Shown here: in pieces, positions 1 through 9,575 of the stretch | How the letters are laid out: each line of letters opens with the position of its first letter | Numbering within the stretch: position 1 is the first letter of the stretch | Made by a program: the position numbers and the translations under genes | The notes under the pieces: generated by a model | Told to the model about the DNA's origin: nothing | Database searches by the model: none | The model's input: only the letters and a program-made list of their open reading frames with translations | DNA from: an uncultured Deinococcaceae bacterium | Lineage (GTDB): Bacteria > Deinococcota > Deinococci > Deinococcales > Deinococcaceae | Direction of reading: 5' to 3' | Length of the DNA stretch: 63,244 bases | Assembly (NCBI GenBank): GCA_964252075.1 | Contig: CAXULY010000032.1 | Span: 1-63,244 of the forward strand

Positions 1-13
1 CCCCACGCACCCC

Positions 14-55
14 AGCGCCCGACCCTGCTTCTCGCACGGTCGGGCGCTTCCTTTT
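14..55. terminator. Rho-independent terminator hairpin at the 3' end of the GDPD gene, probably bidirectional
   Basis: AGCGCCCGACC...GGTCGGGCGCT stem followed by TCCTTTT. Confidence 0.6.
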
Positions 56-749
56 ATTCCGAGTTCCTCGCCGTCAGGAGCGTGTTGGGGTCATCCCCAA
101 TCAATGCATGCACGCTCAGCTGCGTCAGGCGCTGCACGTCCGCCGTCTCGTTGACGGTCCAGGTGTTCACGCGCCAGTTCCCCTCGCGCGCAATGGCCAT
201 CAGGGCGTCATCGACAAGGCTGTGGTGCGGGTGCAGGGCGACCGCCTGCACCCGCCGCGCCACCACCTGAACGAGGTCCAGGCCGCCCAGCAACCAGCGC
301 TTATGAAACAGGAACCCCCGCTCGACTTCGGGCGCATATGCGCGCGCAGCGTCCAGCACCAGTGGACTGAAGCTCGACACGATCGTCCGCGCGGTCAGGC
401 CATACTCCCGCACGCCGTCCAGCGTGCGCGGCACGCGGTCATCCGGGCGGGCGCCCTCGAACTTGATCTCGATGTTCAAATAGGCGCCCGTGTCCCGCGC
501 CCATGAGAGCACCTCGTCCAGCGTGGGCACGGGGTGCGGCGCAAGCTCGGCGCGCGTCAGGGTATGCAGCGCCCGGCCGTCCCACAGCGCGGGGTCATGG
601 TGAATGACGAGCGTGCCGTCCGCGAGACGGCGCACGTCCAGTTCCACGCCGTCCAGCCCGGCGTCGAGGGCCGCCTGGAAGCCCGCCAGGGTGTTCTCGC
701 GGTGCAGGCGTGGAGTGCCGCGGTGACCGAGGAGCAGGGGAGAAGTCAT
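54..749 (-). CDS. Glycerophosphodiester phosphodiesterase (GDPD family)
   Basis: GHRG, ENTL, ELDV, HD, NIEIK, SSF and WTVN motifs; start MTSPLLLGHRG lies 7 nt after a TAACAT -10 box. Confidence 0.9.
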   Translation of the reverse strand: MTSPLLLGHRGTPRLHRENTLAGFQAALDAGLDGVELDVRRLADGTLVIHHDPALWDGRALHTLTRAELAPHPVPTLDEVLSWARDTGAYLNIEIKFEGARPDDRVPRTLDGVREYGLTARTIVSSFSPLVLDAARAYAPEVERGFLFHKRWLLGGLDLVQVVARRVQAVALHPHHSLVDDALMAIAREGNWRVNTWTVNETADVQRLTQLSVHALIGDDPNTLLTARNSE

Positions 750-1114
750 GGGGGCCATGTTAACGGGCGCGCGTGGATGCTGTGCCGGGGTCCGGGCGAG
801 CGGCGTACACTCGGGCGCGTGCGGCGTGTCCGGCATGAGGCAGCGTGAACATCCCTGGGTGATGAAGCGTACCGATCCAGGCACGTGAGATTTGCTGCTG
901 AGTCGCAGGCAGGAAACGTACAAGACCGTGCGGCATGGTGTGCGTAGGGGGTGTGGTTCACGTCCCTGGGCGTGAGTGCTTTCTGCTGGACTTTTGGGCG
1001 ATGCCGTGTGGATGCGGGACCAGGGGCGGACCGTCGGGTGCCCGTGATCGGGTCAACAGGCGTATGGCTCCACCCAGCTCTAAAGAGCAGGCGATTTCTC
1101 CCACCACGAACCGA

Positions 1115-2773
1115 TCAGCTTGGTTGGTCGTCCGGGACGGGCACGGGGGGCGCCGTGAGGTCACGACCGCGCGCCACGTCGCGCATGCCGCGCCGGCCGA
1201 AGGCGTGGGCGAGGTCGCGCTCCGACAGGCGCAGCACCGTGGGACGCCCGTGCGGGCAGCTCCATGGCTGCCCGCATGCGGTGAGGTCCGCGAGGAGCGC
1301 CGCGCCGTTCTCCAGCCCAATCATGCCGGCCTTGAGGGCGGGCGCGCAGGCGAGGCGCGCCAGCACCGAGCGGCGGGGGTCCGGCGCGCCGTCGAGCGCG
1401 GCCTCCACCACCTGCTCGTGCAGGCGTGGGACGGGCAGCGCCGCGAGCGCGGCGGGCAGGGAGCGCAGGCGCGCGAGGCCCGCCCCGAAGTCCTCCAGCG
1501 TAAGGCCGAAGGCGCGCAGGTCCGCGTCCCGCTCGCGCAGGTGCGCGGCCTGCTCGGGTGAGAGCTGCAGCAGCTCGGGTTCCGGCAGGTCGAGCGGCAC
1601 CGCTTCCACGAAGGCGCGCTCCAAGCGCTCGTACCACACGCGTTCCGCCGCCGCGTGACCGTCAATGACCCAGAGGTCCCCTTCGCCCTCCGCGAGCAGG
1701 TACAGCGCGCCGTACACGCCCACCAACTCCAGTTGCGGGAAGCGGTTGAGGGGCTGCGGGGCTGGGGGTTCCGCGACGCGCAGGGCAGGCGCCGCGCGAC
1801 TGAGGGGTTGCGTGGCGAGGGCGCCCTGCACCGCAGCCGTGATGCGCGCCGCGAGCACGGCGGGCTCCGCGAGGGCCACGACGCTCTTGGTGGGGTGCAC
1901 GTTGGGGTTCACGTCCTCGGGCGGCACCGTGAGGTCCAGCACGCACAGGGGCGCGTGACCGCCCGGCAGCAATTCTGCGTAACCGGCGATCACGGCGCGC
2001 TCCAGTTCTGGCGTGCCCTGCACGGGGCGGCCGTTCACGGAGAAGTGCATGCGGTCGCGGCGCGGGCGCGTGAGTTCGGGGCGGCTCACCACGCCGCGCA
2101 GGCCGTCCGCCTCCAGCGCCAGCACGCGGTTCGCGCTGAGTGGGCCGTACACGCTCGCCACGGCGCCCCGGTGGTCGCTCGGCGCGTGCGTGAGGCGCAC
2201 CTCGCGGTCCACGGTGAGGCGGAAGGCGAGGTGCGGTCGGTGCAGCGCGTAGCGGCCCAGCATCGTCTGAACGTCGCGCGCCTCAGCGGCGTGTGTGTTC
2301 TGTGTGCGCAGGCGCGCGGGCAGATGCTCGAACAGCCGCCGGACGGTCACGGTGGTGCCTGCGGGGGCGGTCGTGCGGCGGTGCGACACCTCGTCGCCGC
2401 GCGCGGTGAGTTCCGTGGCGCCCACCTGCGCGCTGGGCCGCGTCACGAGATGGAGTTCACCCGCCTGGGCAATCGCCCACAGCGCCTCGCCGCGGAACCC
2501 GAGGGTCGTGACGCGCTCCAGCGCCTCCAGCTTGCTGGTCGCGTGTCGCAGGGGCGCGAGCGGCACCTCCGCGGCGGGGATGCCCGCACCGTTGTCCCGC
2601 ACGCGGATCAGGGTGAGGCCGCCGCCCTCAAGCTCCACCTCCACGCGGCTCGCTCCGGCGTCCAGGGCGTTTTCCACCAGTTCCCGCACCACGTCCAGCG
2701 GGCGCGACACCACCTCGCCCGCCGCGATGAGGCGGGCGAGGTCAGGCGGCAGGACGCGGATGGAGGCGGCCAT
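1115..2773 (-). CDS. mutL: DNA mismatch repair protein MutL
   Basis: IAAGEVV, ELVENALDAG, HATSK, GFRGEAL, NVHPTK and C-terminal CPHGRP; adjacent to mutS. Confidence 0.96.
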   Translation of the reverse strand: MAASIRVLPPDLARLIAAGEVVSRPLDVVRELVENALDAGASRVEVELEGGGLTLIRVRDNGAGIPAAEVPLAPLRHATSKLEALERVTTLGFRGEALWAIAQAGELHLVTRPSAQVGATELTARGDEVSHRRTTAPAGTTVTVRRLFEHLPARLRTQNTHAAEARDVQTMLGRYALHRPHLAFRLTVDREVRLTHAPSDHRGAVASVYGPLSANRVLALEADGLRGVVSRPELTRPRRDRMHFSVNGRPVQGTPELERAVIAGYAELLPGGHAPLCVLDLTVPPEDVNPNVHPTKSVVALAEPAVLAARITAAVQGALATQPLSRAAPALRVAEPPAPQPLNRFPQLELVGVYGALYLLAEGEGDLWVIDGHAAAERVWYERLERAFVEAVPLDLPEPELLQLSPEQAAHLRERDADLRAFGLTLEDFGAGLARLRSLPAALAALPVPRLHEQVVEAALDGAPDPRRSVLARLACAPALKAGMIGLENGAALLADLTACGQPWSCPHGRPTVLRLSERDLAHAFGRRGMRDVARGRDLTAPPVPVPDDQPS

Positions 2774-2837
2774 AGATGCCCTCAGTGTCGCGTGAACGGG
2801 CGCGCGGCATGGTAACGGAGGTGCCGGGCGGGGCGCT

Positions 2838-5366
2838 TCACGCCTCGCCCTCGCACGCCTCGCGCTGCCAGCGGTGCAGCAGCTCCAGCGCCTCCAGCGG
2901 CGTGACACGCGAGAGGTCCAGACTTGCAAGTTCACGCGCGAGGCGCCCGTCGTCCGCGCGGCCGCTCAGGCCCGCCAGGAGGTGCGCCGCGCGGTTCGTG
3001 ACGTGCCCCGGGAGGCCCGCGAGGCGCGCGACCTCAACGCCGTAACTCTGGCGCGCGGCGCCCGGGATGACCTGATGGAAGAACGTCAGGCCGCCCGCCT
3101 CCTCCTCCGCCGCGACGTGCAGGTTCACGACGCCCGGCAGGTCGCGCTCCAGGCGCGTCAGCTCGAAGTAATGCGTGGCGAACAGCGTGCGCGCGCCGCT
3201 CGCGTGCAGGCTCTCCAGCGCCGCCTGCGCGATGGCGAGGCCGTCGTGCGTGCTGGTGCCGCGCCCGATCTCGTCGAGGATGACGAGGCTGCGTTCCGTC
3301 GCGCCGTGCAGGATGGCGGCCAGTTCGGACATCTCCACCATGAAGGTGCTGCGCCCGCCCGCGAGGTCGTCCGACGCGCCGATGCGTGTGTGAATCGCGT
3401 CGAAGACCGGCAGTTCGGCGTGGTCGGCGGGCACGAAGCTGCCGATCTGGTGCAGCAGCGCGCACAGCGCGACGGTGCGCAGGTAGGTGCTCTTGCCCGC
3501 CATGTTCGGCCCCGTGAGGAGCAGCAGGCGGCGGTGCGCGTGCAGCTCCGCGTCGTTCGGGACGAAGGTCTCTGCGGCGAGTTCCACGACTGGGTGGCGC
3601 GCCTGCCCCAGCCGCAGGTGCCCCTGCACCGTCTGCGGACGCGTCCAGCTGCGCTGCACCGCCACCTCCGAGAGGCAGGACAGCACGTCCAGTTCACTCA
3701 GCGCGCCCGCCGCCTCCGAGAGGCGGTCCGCGTGCGCGGCGAGCGCCTCGCGCAGCTCCCCGAACACCTCGGCCTCCAGGCGCTCGGCGGCGCCCTCGCA
3801 GCGCGCGATGTCGCGCTCGCGCTCGCGCAGATCCGCCCGCGTGAAGCGCGCACGGTCCTTGAGAGTCGCGACCTGCGTGTAATCATCCGGCACGCGCGCG
3901 CGGTGCGCGCTCGTGACCTCCAGGTAATAGCCCGCCACGTTGTTGAAGCCGACCTTCAGGCTGGGAATGCCGGTGCGGGCGCGCTCCGCCGCCTCCAGTT
4001 CCGCGATCCATGCGCGGTGCCCGAGCGCCTCCGCGCGCAGGCCGTCCAGGCCCGCGTGGAAGCCCTCGCGGATCAGGCCGCCCTCCCCGAGCTTGATGGG
4101 GGGGTCCTCCACGAGCGCTGCGCGGATGAGGCCCAGCACCTCCGGCAGGGGCCCCAGGCGCGCGCGGACGCTCGCGAGCAGGCCGTCCTCGGCGCCGAGC
4201 AGCGCCTGCATCTCTGGCAGCAGGTCCAGCGTGCGGGCGAGCGCCGCGACCTCACGGGGGCCCGCGCGGCGGGTCGCGACGCGCGCCGCGAGGCGCTCGA
4301 GGTCATGCACGCGGTACAGCAGGGCCCTCACGCCCAGCCGCAGGTCTGGCGCGCGCGTGAGGGCCTCCACGGCGTTCAGGCGCGCCTCGATGGCGCGCTC
4401 GTCCAGCAGCGGCGCGCGCAGCCACGCGCGCAGGCGCCGCCGCCCGCCCGCCGTGCGGGTCTCCTCCAGCGCTGCGAGCAGGGTGGTGCCCTGAGGGCTG
4501 GACGGCGCGAAAACCTCCAGCGCGCGCAGCGCCCACTCGGAGAGGCGCATGTGCGCCCCCGGCTCGTACCGCGAGAGGCGCCGCACCATGTCCAGCCGCC
4601 CCTGCTGCGTGGCGCGCGCGTAGCCGACCACCGCCCCGCAGGCGCGGGCGAGGGCGCTGGGCGCCAGGAAGTCCGGGAGTTCCCCCAGCACCTCGCGCAG
4701 CGCCTCACGCGCACCGTCCTCGTCGAAGCGGGCGTTGGAGCGCATGACGGGAAAGCGCGCCTGCAACTCCGCGAGCAGCGCGGCGTTCTCCGCGAGTTCC
4801 GGGGCGAGCAGCAGTTCGCGCGTGCGGTGCCGGGAGAGTTCGTCGTACAGGGCGCTGCGCGTGCCGAGCAGCGCGCAACGGAACTCCCCGGTGCTCACGT
4901 CGAGGAGCGCGAGCGCGTACCCGTCGCCCGTCGCGACCGCCGCAAGGTAGTTCTCGTCGGCGGTCAGCAGGCGCTCCTCGGTGACGGTGCCGGGCGTGAG
5001 GAGCTGCGTGACCTTGCGGTCCACGAGGGCGCCGCCGGGTTCCTCCATCTGCTCCGCGACCGCCACGCACACCCCGAGGTTCAGGAGGCGCTGGATGTGC
5101 GTGTCCGCCGCGCGCACGGGTACGCCGGACATGGGGGTGGAGAAGTCCTTGCTGGATTTGTGCGTGAGTGTGATGCCGAGCAGCCGGGAGAGTCGCTCGG
5201 CGTCCTCGCCGAAGGTCTCGTAGAAATCCCCGCACTGGAAGAGCAGCAGCGTGTTCGCGAACTGCGCCTGCACCTCGTCGCGCAGCTGGACGTACTGCGC
5301 GAGCATGGGGGGCAGCGCGCCATGGCCGGTGCCTTTCAGGACGCTCAGGGGGGTGGGCACGGGCAT
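2838..5366 (-). CDS. mutS: DNA mismatch repair protein MutS
   Basis: GDFYE mismatch-binding motif, TGPNMAGKSTY P-loop, STFMVEM, DEIGRGTS, FATHY, SYGVEVA. Confidence 0.98.
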   Translation of the reverse strand: MPVPTPLSVLKGTGHGALPPMLAQYVQLRDEVQAQFANTLLLFQCGDFYETFGEDAERLSRLLGITLTHKSSKDFSTPMSGVPVRAADTHIQRLLNLGVCVAVAEQMEEPGGALVDRKVTQLLTPGTVTEERLLTADENYLAAVATGDGYALALLDVSTGEFRCALLGTRSALYDELSRHRTRELLLAPELAENAALLAELQARFPVMRSNARFDEDGAREALREVLGELPDFLAPSALARACGAVVGYARATQQGRLDMVRRLSRYEPGAHMRLSEWALRALEVFAPSSPQGTTLLAALEETRTAGGRRRLRAWLRAPLLDERAIEARLNAVEALTRAPDLRLGVRALLYRVHDLERLAARVATRRAGPREVAALARTLDLLPEMQALLGAEDGLLASVRARLGPLPEVLGLIRAALVEDPPIKLGEGGLIREGFHAGLDGLRAEALGHRAWIAELEAAERARTGIPSLKVGFNNVAGYYLEVTSAHRARVPDDYTQVATLKDRARFTRADLRERERDIARCEGAAERLEAEVFGELREALAAHADRLSEAAGALSELDVLSCLSEVAVQRSWTRPQTVQGHLRLGQARHPVVELAAETFVPNDAELHAHRRLLLLTGPNMAGKSTYLRTVALCALLHQIGSFVPADHAELPVFDAIHTRIGASDDLAGGRSTFMVEMSELAAILHGATERSLVILDEIGRGTSTHDGLAIAQAALESLHASGARTLFATHYFELTRLERDLPGVVNLHVAAEEEAGGLTFFHQVIPGAARQSYGVEVARLAGLPGHVTNRAAHLLAGLSGRADDGRLARELASLDLSRVTPLEALELLHRWQREACEGEA

Positions 5367-5372
5367 GGAGCA

Positions 5373-5400
5373 AGTCTAGCGCATTCTGTCCACAGCGGAA
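5373..5400 (-). promoter_or_regulatory. mutS leaderless promoter (-10 TAGACT, 5373-5378) with an RDRM-like DdrO operator (5384-5400)
   Basis: TTCTGTCCACAGCGGAA fits the 17-bp TTMYG-N7-CRKAA RDRM pattern; the -10 box is 6 nt before the ATG. Confidence 0.7.
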
Positions 5401-5583
5401 TATTTCGGTCTCTGCGCAGGCTATAGTCGCGTTTCGAAACCTTCATTTCTTGCAGATTTTTTCGCGATAACCATCATGCATATGGTCAGGAGGCCACAGG
5501 TGAGCGCTCACATCTACACATTTCTGGCAATTCCAACTTGAGGACTGTTACATCACAACTTATTCTGTAGGTCAGGAGAATCC

Positions 5584-6555
5584 ATGCCCGTATCTGGAAG
5601 CCGCACACTGACCGTGGAGGGCGAGGTCGCCCTGCCTGTCCTGAAAGCCCTCGCGAGTGAGACGCGCCTGCTCATCCTGAGCCTGCTCACGCACAACGCC
5701 ATGAACGTCTCGGAACTCGCACAGGCCCTCGGGCTGCCGCACTCCACCGTGAACTTCAACCTCGGGCAATTGCAGGCCGCGAACCTCATCTCCGTGGAGT
5801 ACGAGCCCGGCACGCGCGGCTCGCAGAAACTCTGCTCGAAACGCTACGACGAGGTGTACTTCAAGCTGCCGGGCGTTGCGGTGGAGGCAAACACCGACCT
5901 CGTCACGATCTCCATGCCTATCGGCAACTACGCGCACGTGGAAGCCAAGCCCACCTGTGGCCTCGCGTCCGAGCAGAACATCATCGGGATGCTTGACGAC
6001 CCACGCAGCTTCTTTGAGCCGGAACACGTGTACGCGCAACTGCTGTGGTTCGGGGGGACCGGGTACGTGGAGTACGCCTTTCCGAACAACCTGCCGTACG
6101 GCGCGGTCGCCACGCGTCTGGAACTCAGCATGGAGGTGTGTTCTGAAGCGCCGCAGTACGACCCGCACTGGCCGTCCGACATCACGGTGTGGGTGAACGA
6201 CCACGAGGTCGGCACCTTCACGAGCCCCGGCGATTTCGGCGGCGCGCGCGGCAAGCTGACGCCCGCGTGGTGGCAGGACGATCAGACCATGTTCGGTCTC
6301 CTGAAGCGCTGGACGGTGAGTGACGACGGCGCCTTCATTGACGGCGAGCGGGTCTCGAACCTCACCACGGCGGACCTCGCCCTGAACCCCAGCACCAGCA
6401 GTCACATCCGCGTGCGCATTGGGGTGAAGCCAGACGCGCGCAACCGCGGGGGCATGAACCTCTTCGGGCGGCGCTTCGGAAATTACGAGCAGGACCTGCT
6501 GATGCGCCTGTCCTACACCTTCCCGCGCAATACGCCCGTCGTGCAGGTGCGCTGA
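5584..6555 (+). CDS. ArsR-type HTH transcriptional regulator with a long C-terminal domain (COG4189-like)
   Basis: KALASETRLLIL...HTH...RGSQKLC, PTCGL, FTSPGDFGG, GGMNLFGRRFGNY; AGGAG RBS. Confidence 0.85.
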   Translation: MPVSGSRTLTVEGEVALPVLKALASETRLLILSLLTHNAMNVSELAQALGLPHSTVNFNLGQLQAANLISVEYEPGTRGSQKLCSKRYDEVYFKLPGVAVEANTDLVTISMPIGNYAHVEAKPTCGLASEQNIIGMLDDPRSFFEPEHVYAQLLWFGGTGYVEYAFPNNLPYGAVATRLELSMEVCSEAPQYDPHWPSDITVWVNDHEVGTFTSPGDFGGARGKLTPAWWQDDQTMFGLLKRWTVSDDGAFIDGERVSNLTTADLALNPSTSSHIRVRIGVKPDARNRGGMNLFGRRFGNYEQDLLMRLSYTFPRNTPVVQVR

Positions 6556-6629
6556 GCGCGACCAACCGGATAGGGACCAGCGACATCTAGACCCTGTGAA
6601 GGGTGGTACAGTTCAACCTTCGGAACAGT

Positions 6630-6649
6630 TTCATGCTTGCAAGCATGAA
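6630..6649. promoter_or_regulatory. Probable MarR autoregulatory operator
   Basis: Perfect 20-bp palindrome TTCATGCTTG-CAAGCATGAA overlapping the marR start codon. Confidence 0.65.
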
Positions 6650-7151
6650 CCAGCCCCGCGCCCCAGTTTCATCCACAGGTCCTGACGAGCGAAGCCCGCT
6701 GACTCCAGCCGCGCGCTTCGCCTGCCAGATGCAGCGCCTGCACGGCGTGGTGAGCAGCCGCATGATGCGCGACGTGGCCGACCAGATGCAGGAAGAGGAA
6801 CTGAGCTTCTCCATGGTCGCCACGCTCTTCCACCTGCGGCACGCCGGGCAGCTCACCGTGACCAGCCTCGCCGCGCAGACGCGGCTCAGCCTCCCCGCCA
6901 CCAGCCACCTCGTCGAGCGCCTCGTGCGCCGCGGCCTCGTGGAGCGCACCGAGAACCCCACCAACCGCCGCGAGAAATGCGTGGCGCTCACCGCGCGCGG
7001 TCACCAGCACCTGCACGACATGCAGGCCCGCACCGTCGCCGCCTACACCACCGCCCTCGACGGCGTGCCCGAAGCGCTGCTGCAGGACGCGGAACGCGCG
7101 CTCGCCGCCCTCTCCGCCCACATCAACCGCAAGCCGGAGGAACCCGCATGA
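6645..7151 (+). CDS. MarR family transcriptional regulator
   Basis: winged-HTH pattern LSLPATSHLVERLVRRGLVERTENPTNRR...LTARG; ATGA overlap with the MFS gene; start may be 6633 or 6645. Confidence 0.9.
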   Translation: MNQPRAPVSSTGPDERSPLTPAARFACQMQRLHGVVSSRMMRDVADQMQEEELSFSMVATLFHLRHAGQLTVTSLAAQTRLSLPATSHLVERLVRRGLVERTENPTNRREKCVALTARGHQHLHDMQARTVAAYTTALDGVPEALLQDAERALAALSAHINRKPEEPA

Positions 7152-9061
7152 CGCAGCCCAACCAGGCGCCACCCGGACGCATCAACTACGCCGAGACGCT
7201 CAGTTTCCCCACCAAGCGCGCCATCCTGATCGGCACGCTGCTCGGCCTGTTCCTCTCCGCGCTCGACCAGACCATCGTCTCCACCGCCCTGCCGCGCATC
7301 GTCGCGGACCTCCAAGGCCTGTCGCTGTACAGCTGGGTCACCACCGCGTACCTGCTCGCGAGCACCGCCATGGTGCCCATCTACGGCAAACTCAGCGACA
7401 TCTACGGCCGCAAGCCCGTCATCCTGTTCGGCATCGTGGTGTTCCTGCTGGGCTCTGCCCTGTGCGGCGCGGCCGGCGAGCCCTTCTTCGGGAACCTGTT
7501 CGGCGGCGGCATGATGCAGCTCGTGGTGTTCCGCGGCCTGCAGGGTTTCGGCGCGGCGGCCCTCACGAGCGTCGCGTTCTCCATCATCGCGGACATCTTC
7601 GCGCCCGCCGACCGTGGGCGCTACCAGGGCCTGTTCGGCGCGGTGTTCGGGCTGTCCAGCGTGATCGGGCCGCTGCTCGGCGGGTTCCTGACGGACAACA
7701 TCTCGTGGCGCTGGGTGTTCTACGTGAACGTCCCCATCGGCATCATCGCGGTGCTGTTCATCGTGTCGCAGATGCCGCGCCTCGCGAGCGGCCTGAAACC
7801 CAAGGTGGACTACGTGGGCGCCGCACTCATCGTGGTGTTCTCCGTGCCGCTGCTCCTCGCGCTCACGTGGGGCGCCGACAAGACCTACGCCTGGACGAGC
7901 GCCACCATCCTGGGCCTCTTCGCGGTGTCCCTGGCCGCCCTGGTGGCTTTCATCTTCGTGGAGGCGCGCCACGAGAGCCCCATCCTGCCCCTCACGCTCT
8001 TCCGGAACCCCACGTACCTGTGGGGCGTCATCGCGCGCTTCATGATCGGTGCGGCCTTCCTGGGCGCCATCCTGTTCCTCAGCCTGTACCTCGTGAACGT
8101 GCAGGGCGTGAGCGCCACCAAGGCCGGCACCGCCACCATCCCCCTCACGGTGGGCCTCATCATCGGGTCCATCGGCGCGGGCCAGCTTGCGTCGCGCCTC
8201 GGGTACTACAAGGCGTTGCTGCTCGGCGGTCTCGTCATCATGGCGCTTGGCTTCTGGTGGCTCTCCACCCTGAACGCAGACACCCCCTACGGCTGGGTGG
8301 TGGCGCGCATGGTCGTGCTGGGCCTCGGCATCGGCCCGGCCCTCCCACTGTACAACCTCGCCCTTCAGAACGCCGTGAAGCCCTGGGAGATCGGCACCGC
8401 CACCTCCAGCGGGCAGTTCTTCCAGCAGATGGGCTCCACGCTCGGCACCGCCATCTTCGGCGCGGTCCTCACCGCCGGGCTCGCCAGCCAGCTCAGCACG
8501 AACCTCGCACCCATCCAGAAGAGCGCGCCCCCGCAACTGCAACAGCAGCTCAGCCGCCTGGGCAGCGGCGGCTCGGGCGGCGGCGCGCAGAACAGCAGCT
8601 TCAACGCCGCACAGGTGAAAACCCAGGCGGAGAGCGGCGTGAAGCAGGGCTTCCAGCAGCAGTTCGCGGCGATCGAGCGGGCGGTGCGCAGCGGGGACCC
8701 CGCGCAGTTCCAGGCGCTCACGCAGAACCCGCAGCTCCCGCAGGGCCTGCGCGACGGCCTCAGCCGCGTGCCCGCCCAGGCCATCACCAGCCCGCAGGGA
8801 CAGGCGCAGGTGCTCGCGCAGGTGCAGTCGAACCTCAACACCGCCCAGCAGGCCGCCATCGCGCAGGCCGACCAGACCATCAACCAGGTGGGCCGCGCGG
8901 TGAAGGTCAGCTTCGCGAACACCGTCGCGCGCATCTACGGGTACTGCATTCTGGTCGCCATCCTGGCGTTCCTCGCGACCCTCCCCATGCCGAACCTCCG
9001 CCTTCCGCGCAAGGGCGAGGGCGGCGGTCGCCCAAACCCGCAGCCCGCCATGGAAATGTGA
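7148..9061 (+). CDS. DHA2 (EmrB/QacA-like) MFS efflux transporter
   Basis: LDQTIVSTALP, GKLSDIYGRK, WRWVFYVNVPIG motifs; about 14 TM segments with a long Gln-rich loop before the last helix. Confidence 0.93.
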   Translation: MTQPNQAPPGRINYAETLSFPTKRAILIGTLLGLFLSALDQTIVSTALPRIVADLQGLSLYSWVTTAYLLASTAMVPIYGKLSDIYGRKPVILFGIVVFLLGSALCGAAGEPFFGNLFGGGMMQLVVFRGLQGFGAAALTSVAFSIIADIFAPADRGRYQGLFGAVFGLSSVIGPLLGGFLTDNISWRWVFYVNVPIGIIAVLFIVSQMPRLASGLKPKVDYVGAALIVVFSVPLLLALTWGADKTYAWTSATILGLFAVSLAALVAFIFVEARHESPILPLTLFRNPTYLWGVIARFMIGAAFLGAILFLSLYLVNVQGVSATKAGTATIPLTVGLIIGSIGAGQLASRLGYYKALLLGGLVIMALGFWWLSTLNADTPYGWVVARMVVLGLGIGPALPLYNLALQNAVKPWEIGTATSSGQFFQQMGSTLGTAIFGAVLTAGLASQLSTNLAPIQKSAPPQLQQQLSRLGSGGSGGGAQNSSFNAAQVKTQAESGVKQGFQQQFAAIERAVRSGDPAQFQALTQNPQLPQGLRDGLSRVPAQAITSPQGQAQVLAQVQSNLNTAQQAAIAQADQTINQVGRAVKVSFANTVARIYGYCILVAILAFLATLPMPNLRLPRKGEGGGRPNPQPAMEM

Positions 9062-9064
9062 AGG

Positions 9065-9105
9065 CAGGGCGCGAGGCTGTGCAGCACGGCCTCGCGCCTG
9101 TTTTT
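9065..9105 (+). terminator. Rho-independent terminator of marR-MFS
   Basis: GCGCGAGGC...GCCTCGCGC stem followed by CTGTTTTT. Confidence 0.75.
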
Positions 9106-9246
9106 GCCTCTGCGCGCACAATGACAATGTAAGACAGGTTGCAACTCTCGGGGCGCTGAACAGAGACACTGACGTGCGTCCACATTCACACAACGCGTGC
9201 GGGTGAAGGTACCCGGTTTCGCCAGGTGGACGCGCGAGGAGTAAGT

Positions 9247-9507
9247 ATGGCTTCTGGTAAGGTCAAGTGGTTCAACGCGGAAAAAGGCTTTGGTTTCATC
9301 GAGACGCCCGGCAGCCCGGACGTGTTCGCGCACTTCAGCGCCATCAAGGGCACCGGCTTCAAGAAGCTGAATGAGGGCGACGAGGTCGAGTTCGACATAG
9401 AGGAAGGTCAGCGCGGCAAGGGCCCGCAGGCCGCCAACATCGTCGTGACGAAGGCCGCCCCCGAGGGTGCGGGCAGCCGCGGCCCGCGCCGCGAAAGCCG
9501 CTGGTAA
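9247..9507 (+). CDS. cspA: Cold-shock protein
   Basis: [15 protein letters not shown] (RNP1), DVFAHFSAI (RNP2); GAGGAG RBS. Confidence 0.95.
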   Translation: MASGKVKWFNAEKGFGFIETPGSPDVFAHFSAIKGTGFKKLNEGDEVEFDIEEGQRGKGPQAANIVVTKAAPEGAGSRGPRRESRW

Positions 9508-9529
9508 GCGACAACACTTCGCACATTCG

Positions 9530-9557
9530 CGCCCCCACCGCACGGTGGGGGCGTTTT
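9530..9557 (+). terminator. Rho-independent terminator of the csp gene
   Basis: CGCCCCCACCG-CA-CGGTGGGGGCG-TTTT. Confidence 0.75.
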
Positions 9558-9575
9558 GCTGCATGCACCCCACCC

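Noticed and set aside
2874..5426. Long antisense ORFs over real genes (also 37607-40219, 31349-33964, 15641-17983)
   Set aside because: Shadow ORFs caused by high GC3 bias; no motifs, and they lie opposite well-supported genes.
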